The notes beneath the pieces were generated by a model. That model saw nothing but the letters and a program-made list of their open reading frames with translations, did no database searches and was not told the DNA's origin. This document shows, in pieces, positions 19,320 through 29,436 of a stretch of DNA of 64,000 nucleotides. Each line of letters starts with the position of its first letter. Position 1 is the first letter of the stretch. The position numbers and the translations under genes are program-made. The stretch is from contig JBFMAF010000037.1 in assembly GCA_040755995.1 (NCBI GenBank), positions 128,001 to 192,000 of the forward strand. The letters are read 5' to 3'. This DNA comes from Acidobacteriota bacterium. Its GTDB lineage: Bacteria; Acidobacteriota; CAIWXX01.

Positions 19320-19370
19320 CAAGGGGAAAGGGACGGGATCGAGCAGAGGATCCGTCCCTGCGCCCCCTTG
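19320..19370. terminator. Long hairpin between the convergent dsrP and GT10 genes
   Basis: CAAGGGG/CCCCTTG outer arms and AGGGACG(G)GATC/GATCCGTCCCT inner arms. Confidence 0.55.
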
Positions 19371-19434
19371 CCGAAACACACGCTGCGCACCGCCGCCGCG
19401 AGGTCCACGCAGCCGGCTGCCGGGCCCGGGCGGG

Positions 19435-20373
19435 TCAGCCTCTTGCGCTCCTGACCGCTTCCACCTTCTCGAAAAGTCGATCCACGAAGGGGACGCTCTG
19501 AGATTCCAGGAACTGTTCGAAGGCCGGACGGAGAGGGCGATGTTTCCAGGCCAAGTATGATCCGTATGCAACGTCGTCACGGCACAGTTCGCGCAGGAAG
19601 ACGGCGAGGTCTCTGGGCTGCGGGAAATCCGCCGTGTTGATGTAGCAGCGGTCCCCCGGAGCGAAGTCCTCCACGTTCGGCGCCCCCAGATATACTGGAA
19701 CGGAGCCGGCGACCAGAGGGTCGAGGAACTTCTCAGTGACGTAATCGCGATCGATCGCGTTCTCGAATGCGAGCGTGAACTTGTAGCCCGCAATGAGATC
19801 GAGCTTGCTGGGGCGGCCGTTGTCGCCCGGCAGGCGCCGGTTTCGCCGAAAGCGACCGAACGAATGCACATCCAGAAACCGCATCAACTCGCCGGCGTAC
19901 TCCAGCCTTCCGCTCCGATCGATACGGCTGGATATGAGCATCACCGCGATGCGATCCGGCGACTTGGGGGCCGGCGGCTGGACAAGGGCGCGCGCGAGGT
20001 TGCGGGAATCGCCGTAGTAGGACACGTATGACAAAGGCACATCCGAATCGCGACGGTAAGTCGCCATAAGATCGAACTGCTGTATGAAGGCCGGATCCCG
20101 CAGCTGAGGGTAGTTGACTTCGGATTCGATGGACCATGCCACCCAGACCTGGCCCGGAGGCTTCCGGCGTGGGAGCCGCCGAAGTGTCGGGACGTGGAAC
20201 ACCACGGCATCGGCCGCCTCCTGTTGCCGCCGGTCGTCAGTTACGACGCGGCCGGCTCGACTTGCCAATGAGGGTTCAGGGGGCGGCCCACCCCACATGG
20301 TGTCGTAGAAGAGAATGATCGTCGCGTCACCGCGAGTCGCGGCCGGGCGCCGCAGCCTGCTCAGAATGCTCAT
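19435..20373 (-). CDS. GT10 alpha-1,3/4-fucosyltransferase-like protein
   Basis: ADAVVFH, WSIESE, ATYRRDSDV, YKFTLAFENAIDRDYVTEKF, VPVYLGAPN. Start placed at ATG 20373 (ATGA overlap with the upstream remnant). Confidence 0.9.
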   Translation of the reverse strand: MSILSRLRRPAATRGDATIILFYDTMWGGPPPEPSLASRAGRVVTDDRRQQEAADAVVFHVPTLRRLPRRKPPGQVWVAWSIESEVNYPQLRDPAFIQQFDLMATYRRDSDVPLSYVSYYGDSRNLARALVQPPAPKSPDRIAVMLISSRIDRSGRLEYAGELMRFLDVHSFGRFRRNRRLPGDNGRPSKLDLIAGYKFTLAFENAIDRDYVTEKFLDPLVAGSVPVYLGAPNVEDFAPGDRCYINTADFPQPRDLAVFLRELCRDDVAYGSYLAWKHRPLRPAFEQFLESQSVPFVDRLFEKVEAVRSARG

Positions 20374-20568
20374 CGAAGGCCGGACCACCCAGTCAATCTT
20401 CGCCACCATGCGCCTCGGACCGGTTCCGGAGCGGCCGCCGGCAGGTATGCACGCGCTATCACGTTGTAGGTCGTGTCGACCTTCGCGATGTAATGGCAGA
20501 GATGAAACGGCTCCGTCTGCCTGCGGAGGTCGAATACGAAATGGAACTGGTTGGGGATGATCGCCCAC
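20370..20568 (-). pseudogene. Internally deleted GT32-like (DXD) glycosyltransferase remnant
   Basis: Frame not in the ORF track: IIPNQFHFVFDLRRQTEPFHLCHY joined to IAKVDTTYNVIARAYLP...GLR*. The stop overlaps the GT10 ATG. Confidence 0.55.
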
Positions 20569-20579
20569 CTGAATGGGCT

Positions 20580-21761
20580 TCAGTCGATGGCATCCATCAT
20601 CTCCGCGATGACGCGGGCTTCGCTGAAAGTCTCCCTCACGTACCTGCCGAGTCTCTCGCCCTTCGCTCGAGCTTCATCGCGGTGTTCGAAGACGTAGCGC
20701 ATGAGCTTCGATGCATGTGCGAGATCCGCCTCGGCCCAGCGCTGATCGGCGGTGAAGTTCTGCGGATCGAGATCGTCCCTTGCCGAAACCAGCCGGTAGT
20801 TCACGAGGTATGCAAGGTCGGACGGCAGGAAGTCGAGCTGGCCGCCGAAGCGCGTCATGATGACCGGCTTGCCCGCGGCCGCGGCGTCGAACGCGCCAAG
20901 CCCCCAAGCCTCGGCGTGAGTCAGGCTCAGGTAGCAGTCCCCATTGCGATGGAGATCCCGGATTCCGTCCTCATCGAGCTCGCTCGTTATCAGGCGCACA
21001 GGCGGAGGGTTCGCGACCCGGCGGAGCGACGCGTTCACGCGAGCGGCCGGAGCCTTCTGGAAGCTCATCCAGACCGGCAGGCCGAGGAACGCGCGCACGG
21101 AGCCGTAAGCGCGGCGGAGCGGCGCCAGGCGGGGCGGGAGGAGCTGCCGGTACGCCTGCGCACCTGTCTTTGCGACAAGCACTGTCGAATCGTCGCCCGT
21201 AAAAGTGTGCACGTAGCACCGGATGGTCGAGTCCACCGCCTTCCGGGCGCTCCAGGTCTCGATCGTATAGAACGTGTACGGCCCCTCTGGCGACGGATGG
21301 TCTCCCAGCCTTCCGTCGCAGATATGAGGAACGACCGAGATGGGTGGCGTGACCCCAGCCGCCTTGCACACATCCCTGGTCCATCGACTCGGAACGAGGA
21401 TCCGCTTGAGGCAACTCAGAAGTCCCGGCCAGTGGCGAGGCAGACGGTCGGTCTCCCACACCACATAGCCGACGATCTGCCTGCCTGCCTCTCGCTCGGC
21501 CCAATACGGGAAAAGCGCCGGCGGCGTGTGGACGATGACGGTATCGTAATCGATCGAGCGGTTGCAGAATCTGTCCAGATCAGGATCTCCGGCGGTGGTT
21601 CCCTCGTATGGCCGGAGCGCAGATGCCGGCGAGGCGTGCCACATCAGCGGGGTCCACGTCAACGGTATCCCGCAGTTCGAGAGCCCGAGCATATAGCGTT
21701 TTGCGGCTGTGAATTGTCCTATCGCCCCAAGGAGCGAAATGTACTTGATGCCTGTGATCAC
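20580..21761 (-). CDS. GT4-type glycosyltransferase
   Basis: VWETDRLP, ILVPSRW, DCYLSLTHAEAWGLGAFDAAAAGKPVI. Confidence 0.85.
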   Translation of the reverse strand: MITGIKYISLLGAIGQFTAAKRYMLGLSNCGIPLTWTPLMWHASPASALRPYEGTTAGDPDLDRFCNRSIDYDTVIVHTPPALFPYWAEREAGRQIVGYVVWETDRLPRHWPGLLSCLKRILVPSRWTRDVCKAAGVTPPISVVPHICDGRLGDHPSPEGPYTFYTIETWSARKAVDSTIRCYVHTFTGDDSTVLVAKTGAQAYRQLLPPRLAPLRRAYGSVRAFLGLPVWMSFQKAPAARVNASLRRVANPPPVRLITSELDEDGIRDLHRNGDCYLSLTHAEAWGLGAFDAAAAGKPVIMTRFGGQLDFLPSDLAYLVNYRLVSARDDLDPQNFTADQRWAEADLAHASKLMRYVFEHRDEARAKGERLGRYVRETFSEARVIAEMMDAID

Positions 21762-21767
21762 CGGATC

Positions 21768-23552
21768 TCACTGGCGGCAGCAGCTCGGCAGCGGCGGATC
21801 CCAAGCCGTGGGAGCGTTCATGTTCAGAGCTGCATCTGCGGCTGCCAGTATCCCGGGACGGTGCGATGCGATGAGAACGGTGCAGCGGGTCTTGAGCCCC
21901 GCAATGATCCTGGCCAGATCGGCTTCAGTCTCCGCGTCGACCGAAGAGGTGGCTTCATCGAGCACGAGCAGCACCGGTCTGCGAATGAACGCGCGTGCCA
22001 GGGCGAGACGCTGGCGTTCGCCGAGCGACAGCCCGCCGCCGTTTTCGTCGAGCGTGTAGTCCAGGAATGGTCCGTCGGACCCGATCCTGCGGCCTAGCCC
22101 GACGGTCCCGAGTATACTCGTGAGCTCGGCATCGTCGAGGGTCGAGTGGAGACCGTATCGGAGATTGTCCCTGACCGTCCCGCAGACAAGGCACGGATCG
22201 TCTCCCACATATCCTACCGGTGCGTCGGTCTTCAGATACTCGTGGGCAGTCAGACCCGCGACGTGGACGCTGCCGGAGGCGGGCTTGAGGATCCCGAGGA
22301 TCAGCCCGAGCAGCGTGCTCTTGCCACTTCCATTCGGGCCGACAATCGCGAAGACAGATCCGGCGCGGACACGGAAGGATACCCCTGCAAGCGCGGGCCT
22401 CTCAGATCGAGGCCAGGCATACGTAAGGTCTGAAACCAGTATTTCGGGCGGGCTGGGAGATGCCGTGCTCGCCCCGGTTGTTTGACGGACCGAGTCGGCC
22501 GGATCCACCGCATTCTCTGCCAGACCAAGCGCCATGCCATGGGCGCGAAGGACGGAGGCCGGGCGCAGGGCCGTGTCCAGCTCGCCGGCCGGGAGCGATC
22601 TCAGAAACGCGACAGTCTCGGCGGCGTGCGGTTGGACCTGCCGGGCCAGGGCCAGTTCATCGGATGCGAGGTTCAGCGTCTGCGTGAGCCGCACGAGCAA
22701 GTAGATGAAGCCGAGCAGTACCGCCGGCGGCGTCCCGAACCATTCCAGACTTCCCCAGAGGATCACCGCCATGACGACGAGACCGAGCAGGAAGGGGATC
22801 ACGGCGACTGCGTTCTGGTTCAGGGCCTGTCTGATCGCCTGGTTGGAGGTTGCCACGACCGAGCGCGCATACGAGTGGTATTCTCTCTCCTTGAGCCGCA
22901 TCACCCGTATGAGAACCCAATTCCTGTAGATGCGGATCAATGCGCCCTCGGTCTTCAGCCGCTGCGCCAACACCCGGCGCGCCCCCGGCCCGAGGAGCTT
23001 CGTGAGGCGGAGGACGGCGCCCCCTGCCAGGGTAAGGCAGATCGCCGCCAGAAGCGCCTCCTTCCACGCCATCAAGGTCATACACGCAAATACTGTCGTG
23101 GCCAGAAGCAACGCTCCCGCGAAGTACGTGAGGTGTGCGACGAATTCCGCGGTTCTCGGAAGGTACTCCCAGACGCGAACGTTCATCCGACTTGCGGAAG
23201 GCGCGTCCGTACGGTCCGCAGTAACAGCCTCGTAGCCATGAACAAGGCAGAGACGAGCGCGAACATATTCGAATAGAACAAGCCCGGCCTGCTTGGATAC
23301 GAGAAGGCATGCCGCGCGTCCCGCTCCCACAGCCATCAACGCGAGACAGATCAAGAGCGGTGAACAGGAGTCCAGAGCTGCGGCCAGCCAGCGCGGCATC
23401 TCTGGAGGCACCGAAACGTGCATGCTGAAAAGCAGAAGGGCGACCAGGATCGCTATGAGGTATTCGATCCCTGCCAGGAGGAACGAGGCGCCCAGACAGG
23501 CGGCAATGACAACATGCCCCCTCCGTCCGATCACACGGCCGAGGATCTGCAT
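21768..23552 (-). CDS. ABC exporter, fused TMD-NBD (putative glycan flippase); start uncertain
   Basis: About 6 TMs, GPNGSGKST, LSLGERQR, LVLDEATS, ASHR. Confidence 0.82.
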   Translation of the reverse strand: MQILGRVIGRRGHVVIAACLGASFLLAGIEYLIAILVALLLFSMHVSVPPEMPRWLAAALDSCSPLLICLALMAVGAGRAACLLVSKQAGLVLFEYVRARLCLVHGYEAVTADRTDAPSASRMNVRVWEYLPRTAEFVAHLTYFAGALLLATTVFACMTLMAWKEALLAAICLTLAGGAVLRLTKLLGPGARRVLAQRLKTEGALIRIYRNWVLIRVMRLKEREYHSYARSVVATSNQAIRQALNQNAVAVIPFLLGLVVMAVILWGSLEWFGTPPAVLLGFIYLLVRLTQTLNLASDELALARQVQPHAAETVAFLRSLPAGELDTALRPASVLRAHGMALGLAENAVDPADSVRQTTGASTASPSPPEILVSDLTYAWPRSERPALAGVSFRVRAGSVFAIVGPNGSGKSTLLGLILGILKPASGSVHVAGLTAHEYLKTDAPVGYVGDDPCLVCGTVRDNLRYGLHSTLDDAELTSILGTVGLGRRIGSDGPFLDYTLDENGGGLSLGERQRLALARAFIRRPVLLVLDEATSSVDAETEADLARIIAGLKTRCTVLIASHRPGILAAADAALNMNAPTAWDPPLPSCCRQ

Positions 23553-23601
23553 CGAGCTCAGAGCGACTGGGGTTCTCAAGAGCACGACCTCCCTTGCCGC
23601 A

Positions 23602-24306
23602 TTACTTTCGCTTGAAGACCATGTCGAGAAATGCCAAACTACCGTCCCCAGCCCTTCCGACGTCCAGGACGTCGGATAGAACGAACCGGTGGGAGGCCAT
23701 GAGCTCGACGAACCCGAGGAACTCATAGCCTCCTTCGAAGCGCTGCGGCACGGCGACCTCCGCGATTACGAAGTCGGTCGACCGAAGGAACTCGGCGGCG
23801 CCCTGAATGATCTCGTACTCACAGCCCTCTGCATCGATCTTCAGGCCGAACGGGGGAGCGAAGCGGTGTTCCGAAAGCAGCGCGTCAAGAGTCGTAACCG
23901 CGATTTCTCGCGCAGAGAGCCTGTCCCCGGACGCTTCCACAGCCGCCCGCTTGAACATCGAGCTCCGTTCGACGTATCTCGGCTCGATGTACATCGTTCG
24001 GGTGCCCGGACGGGCTCCCAGGCCCAGCTGAAGATACGTCCCTCGTCGACGATCGAGAATCTCGGAGATGAAGGGCTGGAATTCGGCCAGCGGTTCGATG
24101 AGTACGAGGTGGGCATCCGGAAAGGCTCCATAGAGCTCCGGCGTTCCCTGCGCAACTCCGGCATCGACGATCGTCCTCGGACAACCCCCGAGCCGCTCCA
24201 ATTGCATGGGATCCCATTCGCCCTTCCTCGGACGTACCGCGTAGCCAAGGGACCAGAGCATCCTGCGAAGCACTCGGACAAGCAGGGACATCTGTGTGTA
24301 CCTCAC
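23602..24306 (-). CDS. FkbM-family methyltransferase
   Basis: IVDAGVAQG, IEPL, TTLDAL, LKIDAEGCEYEII. Confidence 0.88.
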   Translation of the reverse strand: MRYTQMSLLVRVLRRMLWSLGYAVRPRKGEWDPMQLERLGGCPRTIVDAGVAQGTPELYGAFPDAHLVLIEPLAEFQPFISEILDRRRGTYLQLGLGARPGTRTMYIEPRYVERSSMFKRAAVEASGDRLSAREIAVTTLDALLSEHRFAPPFGLKIDAEGCEYEIIQGAAEFLRSTDFVIAEVAVPQRFEGGYEFLGFVELMASHRFVLSDVLDVGRAGDGSLAFLDMVFKRK

Positions 24307-24325
24307 GCGCGGCCCGCACGACGCG

Positions 24326-26626
24326 TCATGCCATCAGGTCAATCATGGATGCCTCGAATGACGAGCCCGTGCCCCCGCGGCCGCCCGGCGCCACCACAGC
24401 GGTTCGCCGAGAGTCCTCGTTCGAGGCCGCTTCGGCGCATGCAGAGTGCAGAACGCGAGTCAGCCGGGCCGGGCTGTAGTACGTACGCAAGAGCCTCCGG
24501 GCGCAGTGTGCGAGGCGCGCCCCCGAGTGAGGATCGCGCATGAGCAGGGCGCAATGCGACGCGAATTCCTCCTCTGTGTCGCCGATCAGGACATGGTGGT
24601 CGTTCGCCGCACCCAGACCCTCGACCCCTAAGGTCGTTGTTACGACTGGTACGCCGTATGCGAATGCTTCGATGACCTTGATCCGCGTTCCTCCACCCGC
24701 CCGGATCGGCACGACGGCCGCGTCGGCGGAGCGGTAAAGCGGCTCAACCGAGGACACCTCTCCTGCCAAATCCACAAATGGGTACCGCGCGAGCCCAGAG
24801 CGTAGTCTCCGCGCAGCCCCCGTGCCTGCAACCCTGAGGCACCACGCGGTACCGGCTTCGGCCGCGATCAGCGGAGCGATGCGTTCCACGAAGAAGAAGA
24901 TACCATCGATGTTGGGGGCGTACCCCAGCGATCCGACAAAGAGAAACGTGAACGGACGTTGTTCGCGGCGCGCATCGGTCGGAAGCATTTCTTCGTAGAC
25001 GTTGGGAAGCACTTCTGCTCGGACGCGAGGATACCTCGCTGCCACCCACATTCTGTCCGCTTCCGAGCATACGAAGACCCGGTAATAGTCGGAAAGGCCG
25101 TTTCGTTCGGACTCTGCATACCACTCCGCGTCTCGCTTCGCACGGAGAGCCGGTCCACGACGCGCATCCACGGACGCAAGCTCCGCAATCCTCGTCCGCG
25201 TGCGTGATTCAACATCGTCCAGGTCGAGCTGGCGCACGCCGCGAAAGCCGTCCCGGCACAGGAGACGTGCCACCGGGTCCATGTAGAGGCGAAACACATG
25301 AATCACGTCGTATCGCTCCGCGCGAAGTCGCCGGCACAGGCAACGGGCGCGACGTCTGGACCCGCAGATCCACTCCATCGGTCGCGATCCCCGCACGCAG
25401 CCCAATCGATCGAGCAAAGAACGGGCGTACCATCGGGCGCTGGCGTCCCAATCCCGGCGCCTTTCCAGGGGCAGGGACATGATCGTACGGCACAGGCCTC
25501 GTGTGGCCCACGGCACTTCGCACCCTCCAAATGATGTCCGCACCACGAGCAGATCGACCGAATACCGCTGGCTGAGGGCCGCGAGATTGTTGAAGGCACG
25601 CATCGCCATGCCGCTTCCGGTCGGTGAAGGGATAACCGGCGAAATGAACAGGAGTCCGCGGCTCTCGGCACGTGGTTCCTGCCGGGGCATGGCCTTCTCG
25701 CGGTACCAGAGTCGGACGGCGCTCCACGCGCGCTTGAGCTTGGCATCCACGTAAATCCGAAGGAATATGGGCACCAGATCCGCCCATCTGGCGAGGACAA
25801 TCCAGTGCGCGAGACGGTTCCGGTCGTTCCTTCGCGCCAGCCGTACCGACAGCTGCGCCCGCGCGAAGAACTCGTCGGCGCGGTCTCGAACCATTCCTTC
25901 GCGTATCAGCTTTCGGTAGAACTCCTTGACTCTCACGTCTCGCGACGCCCTGGCAGTGGCATTGCCGTCGTGCCGGCGCACCAGCGCGTAAGCACCCGGT
26001 GTTGTCCTGAATCTGCGACCGTCTCGGGCGAGGCGGAGCCAGAAGTACGAGTCTTCGCCCACACACAGGTCCTCGGGAAAGCGCACGTCCCGAATGGCTC
26101 TTCGGCGGACCATGCAAGAATGGATCACGATGCCGTAAAGCAGAATCTGCGAGAACGGACCCCGCTCGAGCTCTCCCGGGTCCACGAAGGTGGCAGGAAC
26201 CGACGGACACAACGCCGCACCGCTCGACCTGAAGATGTTGCTTCCGCACGTAGCGACGTCGCACTCGGGGTATTCGGCGAAGCAGCGAAAACTGCTCTCC
26301 ACCATCCGCGGGTCCAACAGGTCGTCGTCATCCAGAAAGATCAGAAAGTCTCCTCCCGATGCCTCGATGCCATGATTGCGCGCGGCTGCGGCGCCGCGCC
26401 GCTGGGGCAAACGGTGGAGCTTCACGCGTGGGTCAAGGCGGCGGAGGCTGTCCAGGTCGATCCGGCAGGAGGGATCTGAGTGATCATCGACAACCACGAT
26501 CTCGTGGACCGGCGCAGTCTGGACGAGAACGGACCGGACCGCCTCTCCGAGAAGGACAGGGCGGTTGAACGTGGGGATCACCACTGAGACCCGTCTCCGC
26601 TCGATGTTCTCACCCACCCGGATCAC
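24326..26626 (-). CDS. GT2-GT4 fused glycosyltransferase
   Basis: VSVVIPTFNR, VVDDHS, FLDDDD, GEDS (GT2); FVGSLGYAPN, GGGTRIKVIEAFAYGVPVVTT (GT4). Confidence 0.88.
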   Translation of the reverse strand: MIRVGENIERRRVSVVIPTFNRPVLLGEAVRSVLVQTAPVHEIVVVDDHSDPSCRIDLDSLRRLDPRVKLHRLPQRRGAAAARNHGIEASGGDFLIFLDDDDLLDPRMVESSFRCFAEYPECDVATCGSNIFRSSGAALCPSVPATFVDPGELERGPFSQILLYGIVIHSCMVRRRAIRDVRFPEDLCVGEDSYFWLRLARDGRRFRTTPGAYALVRRHDGNATARASRDVRVKEFYRKLIREGMVRDRADEFFARAQLSVRLARRNDRNRLAHWIVLARWADLVPIFLRIYVDAKLKRAWSAVRLWYREKAMPRQEPRAESRGLLFISPVIPSPTGSGMAMRAFNNLAALSQRYSVDLLVVRTSFGGCEVPWATRGLCRTIMSLPLERRRDWDASARWYARSLLDRLGCVRGSRPMEWICGSRRRARCLCRRLRAERYDVIHVFRLYMDPVARLLCRDGFRGVRQLDLDDVESRTRTRIAELASVDARRGPALRAKRDAEWYAESERNGLSDYYRVFVCSEADRMWVAARYPRVRAEVLPNVYEEMLPTDARREQRPFTFLFVGSLGYAPNIDGIFFFVERIAPLIAAEAGTAWCLRVAGTGAARRLRSGLARYPFVDLAGEVSSVEPLYRSADAAVVPIRAGGGTRIKVIEAFAYGVPVVTTTLGVEGLGAANDHHVLIGDTEEEFASHCALLMRDPHSGARLAHCARRLLRTYYSPARLTRVLHSACAEAASNEDSRRTAVVAPGGRGGTGSSFEASMIDLMA

Positions 26627-26748
26627 GCCGACACTATGCGGTGAACGTGCCCAAAGGTCAAGACACAGTCATATCGCTTCTTGCGGAACACGTGGAGGTC
26701 GACGAAGCGGTCCTGGCCATGCTGGCTGAAGTAGTCGATCTCGCACAC
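26623..26748 (-). pseudogene. Internally deleted FkbM/Methyltransf_21-like remnant
   Basis: GGAGG RBS, GTG 26748, reads DYFSQHGQDRFVDLHVFRKKR then YDCVLTFGH...*. The stop overlaps the next GTG. Confidence 0.55.
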
Positions 26749-26873
26749 GTGCCCTCCCCATGAGGCGAGGGACGAGACCGGCTTGAAGCAGCCGGGACTG
26801 CCCCTCCCATCGCGCAAACAGCCGGAATCCTACGCTATCCGGGGCCGTGGATACAATATGCGCCGTCGTAGCG

Positions 26874-27902
26874 CTACTTCCCGCGGGCACTCTTCAGCTT
26901 CGCTACGATCTCGTCCCAGAATCCCGGATCCTCGTCGCCCATGACCCAGATGCCGATGCCGGCAATCGAGGGATGCTTGTCGAGTAGCATCTGGAGCTTG
27001 ATCCCGATCGCCGTCCGGTCCTGGAAGAAGACCGTGTGAGTGCGCGCGCTTTGATCCTGATAGTTGAAGGTCACCTCCCCCGAGCTGTCCCGCACCAGGG
27101 TCGGCGCGTACTCAGCGATGAGTGACTGTACGTCCGACCATAGAACCCCATCCGCGTCCGAACCGACCCAGTCATAGCCGTAGAAGGGCACGCCCATCCG
27201 TATCTTGCCCGGCGCCACAACCGACTCGGCGAAAGCCAGAACAGCGTCGGCCCAGTCCGGCGGCGAGATGGGGCCCGGATGCGACCACGATCCGCTGTAG
27301 TCGTACGTCATGACATTGAATTCATCCACGGCGGCGCCCAGCCGTTTGTAGTCCTCGGCCCTTGCCCCAGACCAGCCACCCGGCTCGGAGGTCTTCGCGT
27401 GCACAGCGATCGCGAGATACTTCCCCTTCGGATGTAGTGCGGCCGCCAGGCGTTCGACGAACTGTGAAAAGCGGTCGCGATCCGTCTCGTATAGGCTCTC
27501 CCAGTCAAGGTCGATCCCGTCGTACCCCTTGCTGACGCACAGGCTGACGATTCTGGAGATGTGGCGGTTGCGGAGCTTGCGCGAGGTCAGCAGGCGGTGC
27601 GCCAGGGCCGGATCGAAGTCCCATGTCTTTCTGCTGAGGTTAGTCACGGTTGCCGCGACGCGTAGACCGCGCGACCGAGCCTCGGCGACGAAGGTAAGGT
27701 CTTCGGATCGGTCTGTCCTCAGGCCGCCATTCGGCAGTGATGCGTACCAATCGACTGCCACCGCGTCGATCGCGCCCCGCGATGTCGCCGCGTCCAGGGA
27801 CGCACGATCACCGAACGTCCATGCGCTGACCTCGTAGGCAGCAGCAACGCTGGTCGCGCCCGACGCCATAAGCGCGGTGATTGCCAACACGCGGAACCGC
27901 AT
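26874..27902 (-). CDS. Secreted GH18 glycoside hydrolase
   Basis: Signal peptide from ATG 27902; GYDGIDLDWE (DxDxE); VMTYDY; MGVPFYG. Confidence 0.88.
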   Translation of the reverse strand: MRFRVLAITALMASGATSVAAAYEVSAWTFGDRASLDAATSRGAIDAVAVDWYASLPNGGLRTDRSEDLTFVAEARSRGLRVAATVTNLSRKTWDFDPALAHRLLTSRKLRNRHISRIVSLCVSKGYDGIDLDWESLYETDRDRFSQFVERLAAALHPKGKYLAIAVHAKTSEPGGWSGARAEDYKRLGAAVDEFNVMTYDYSGSWSHPGPISPPDWADAVLAFAESVVAPGKIRMGVPFYGYDWVGSDADGVLWSDVQSLIAEYAPTLVRDSSGEVTFNYQDQSARTHTVFFQDRTAIGIKLQMLLDKHPSIAGIGIWVMGDEDPGFWDEIVAKLKSARGK

Positions 27903-27989
27903 ACAACAAGTATAGACCGGGGCACAGCAGGCAGCAGTGACGCGCCTCACAGTCCGCCGACCTGGAACCGGCGCGGCGAGCAGCCCGGT

Positions 27990-28019
27990 TTGACATCTCC
28001 CGATGCCGGGCCGTAGAGT
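27990..28019 (+). promoter_or_regulatory. sigma70 promoter of the FAD oxidoreductase
   Basis: TTGACA, 18 nt spacer, TAGAGT; ATG follows 7 nt later. Confidence 0.55.
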
Positions 28020-28026
28020 AGCGATC

Positions 28027-29370
28027 ATGGCACTACCAGAATCACCGCCCTCGTTGTGGCTTGCCGAGTACGGCCCGTATGCACCCAACCCATCGTTGGA
28101 AGGCGACATTTCGGTCGACGTAGCGATCGTAGGAGGCGGCTTCCAGGGGCTGGCCACGGCGATCGCGCTGCGAAAGGCGCAGCCGGATCTGCGTGTGGCC
28201 GTGCTCGAACACGAAGTCGTCGGTTACGGAGCCAGCGGCCGAAACGGGTCGTTCGCCATGACGGTGGTCGGGCTCGGATTCGGGGCCATGGCCATGCTCA
28301 AGGGCAAGCAGTTCGTCAAGGACGCGCATGCATACATGGAGCGCGCCGTAGACGGCCTCGACGCGCTCATCCAGGCGCACGGTCTGCAATGCGATCGCAT
28401 CCGCCCAGGTTTCCTGCGCATGGCCACGACCGAAGGCTACATTCGCCGCATCCAGCACGATATCGAGCTTGTGCAGAGCCTCGGGATCAAGGGAATCGAG
28501 TGGCTCGATCGAGGCGCGGCGCGAGCGAAGGTGAATTCCGAGCTCTATCTCGGAGGTATGTGGGAACCGCGTCTTCTGCTGGTGAACCCTGCGAAGCTGG
28601 TGCGTGAAGAGAAACGGGTCGCGATGGATCTCGGCGCCGCCGTGTTCGAGCGGACGCCGGTTGTGGAAATCCAGCGGGGCACCCGGTTCACGCTCAAGAC
28701 TCCAAAGGGGGGCGTCAGCTCGGAGAAGCTCGTGTTCGCAACGAACGCCTACTCGCACCTCATCCCGGGTCTCAAGCGCAAGCAGATCCCGGCGTGGACG
28801 TACATGATCGCCACCGAGCCGCTCGTCGATCGTCACCTCGCGGAGATCCGGTGGCAGGAACGCAACGGTGTCGAAGACGCGCGCAACCTGATCCACTACT
28901 ACCGGATCACGCCGGACAACCGCCTGGTGATGGGCGGAGGCCCGGTCGGGTTGAGCTTCGGCTCAGAAATGAACTGCGACTCGAGCGAGTCGGCGTGGAG
29001 GCACCTCGAAGAGCACGTGCATCTGCTGTTCCCGGTTCTCAAGGATCTGAAGGTGACCCACCGGTGGGGCGGACCGTTTTCGGTCACGCTCGATCTCGCC
29101 CCCGCTCTCGGCTACCTGGGCGACAAGCGCGCCGTCTACAGCCTGGGCTGCGTCGGCCACGGAGTCTCGATGACTCACCAGAACGCGCTCACGCTCACCG
29201 GCCTGCTCCTCGAACGCGCCTCCGAAAACACGGCGTGCCCATTCGTCAACCGCAAGGTGATACCCTGGCCGCCCGAACCGCTGCGCATGGGCGCAGCCCT
29301 GGCGATCCGCGCCTACCTGCGCGCCGAAGACTGGTGGTACGAGCGAGGAATGCAGAGCACCCGGGCCTGA
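28027..29370 (+). CDS. FAD-dependent oxidoreductase (DAO family, PuuB-like)
   Basis: [39 protein letters not shown]. Confidence 0.88.
   Translation: MALPESPPSLWLAEYGPYAPNPSLEGDISVDVAIVGGGFQGLATAIALRKAQPDLRVAVLEHEVVGYGASGRNGSFAMTVVGLGFGAMAMLKGKQFVKDAHAYMERAVDGLDALIQAHGLQCDRIRPGFLRMATTEGYIRRIQHDIELVQSLGIKGIEWLDRGAARAKVNSELYLGGMWEPRLLLVNPAKLVREEKRVAMDLGAAVFERTPVVEIQRGTRFTLKTPKGGVSSEKLVFATNAYSHLIPGLKRKQIPAWTYMIATEPLVDRHLAEIRWQERNGVEDARNLIHYYRITPDNRLVMGGGPVGLSFGSEMNCDSSESAWRHLEEHVHLLFPVLKDLKVTHRWGGPFSVTLDLAPALGYLGDKRAVYSLGCVGHGVSMTHQNALTLTGLLLERASENTACPFVNRKVIPWPPEPLRMGAALAIRAYLRAEDWWYERGMQSTRA
28910..28964 (+). repeat. Copy 1 of a 55-bp direct repeat, inside the FAD oxidoreductase gene
   Basis: 51 of 55 positions identical to 38757-38811 by manual alignment. 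Confidence 0.9.
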
Positions 29371-29436
29371 CCGGTTCCCACCCCGTTCGCAGGCTCCCAG
29401 CATACCCCGCTCGCCCTCGCATGAGATGAGCCGCAT

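Noticed and set aside
13715..19352. Shared words CAGAGGATC and GGGACGGG on both flanks of the dsr operon as possible mobility ends
   Set aside because: Only 8-9 bp, in different order, and plausible by chance in GC-rich DNA; no recombinase nearby.
15375..19871. Long antisense ORFs (646 aa, 581 aa and many similar ones elsewhere)
   Set aside because: Shadow ORFs opposite well-supported genes, expected from high-GC codon usage.
20493..22097. 534-aa plus-strand ORF
   Set aside because: Antisense to the GT4 and ABC genes, with no recognisable motifs.
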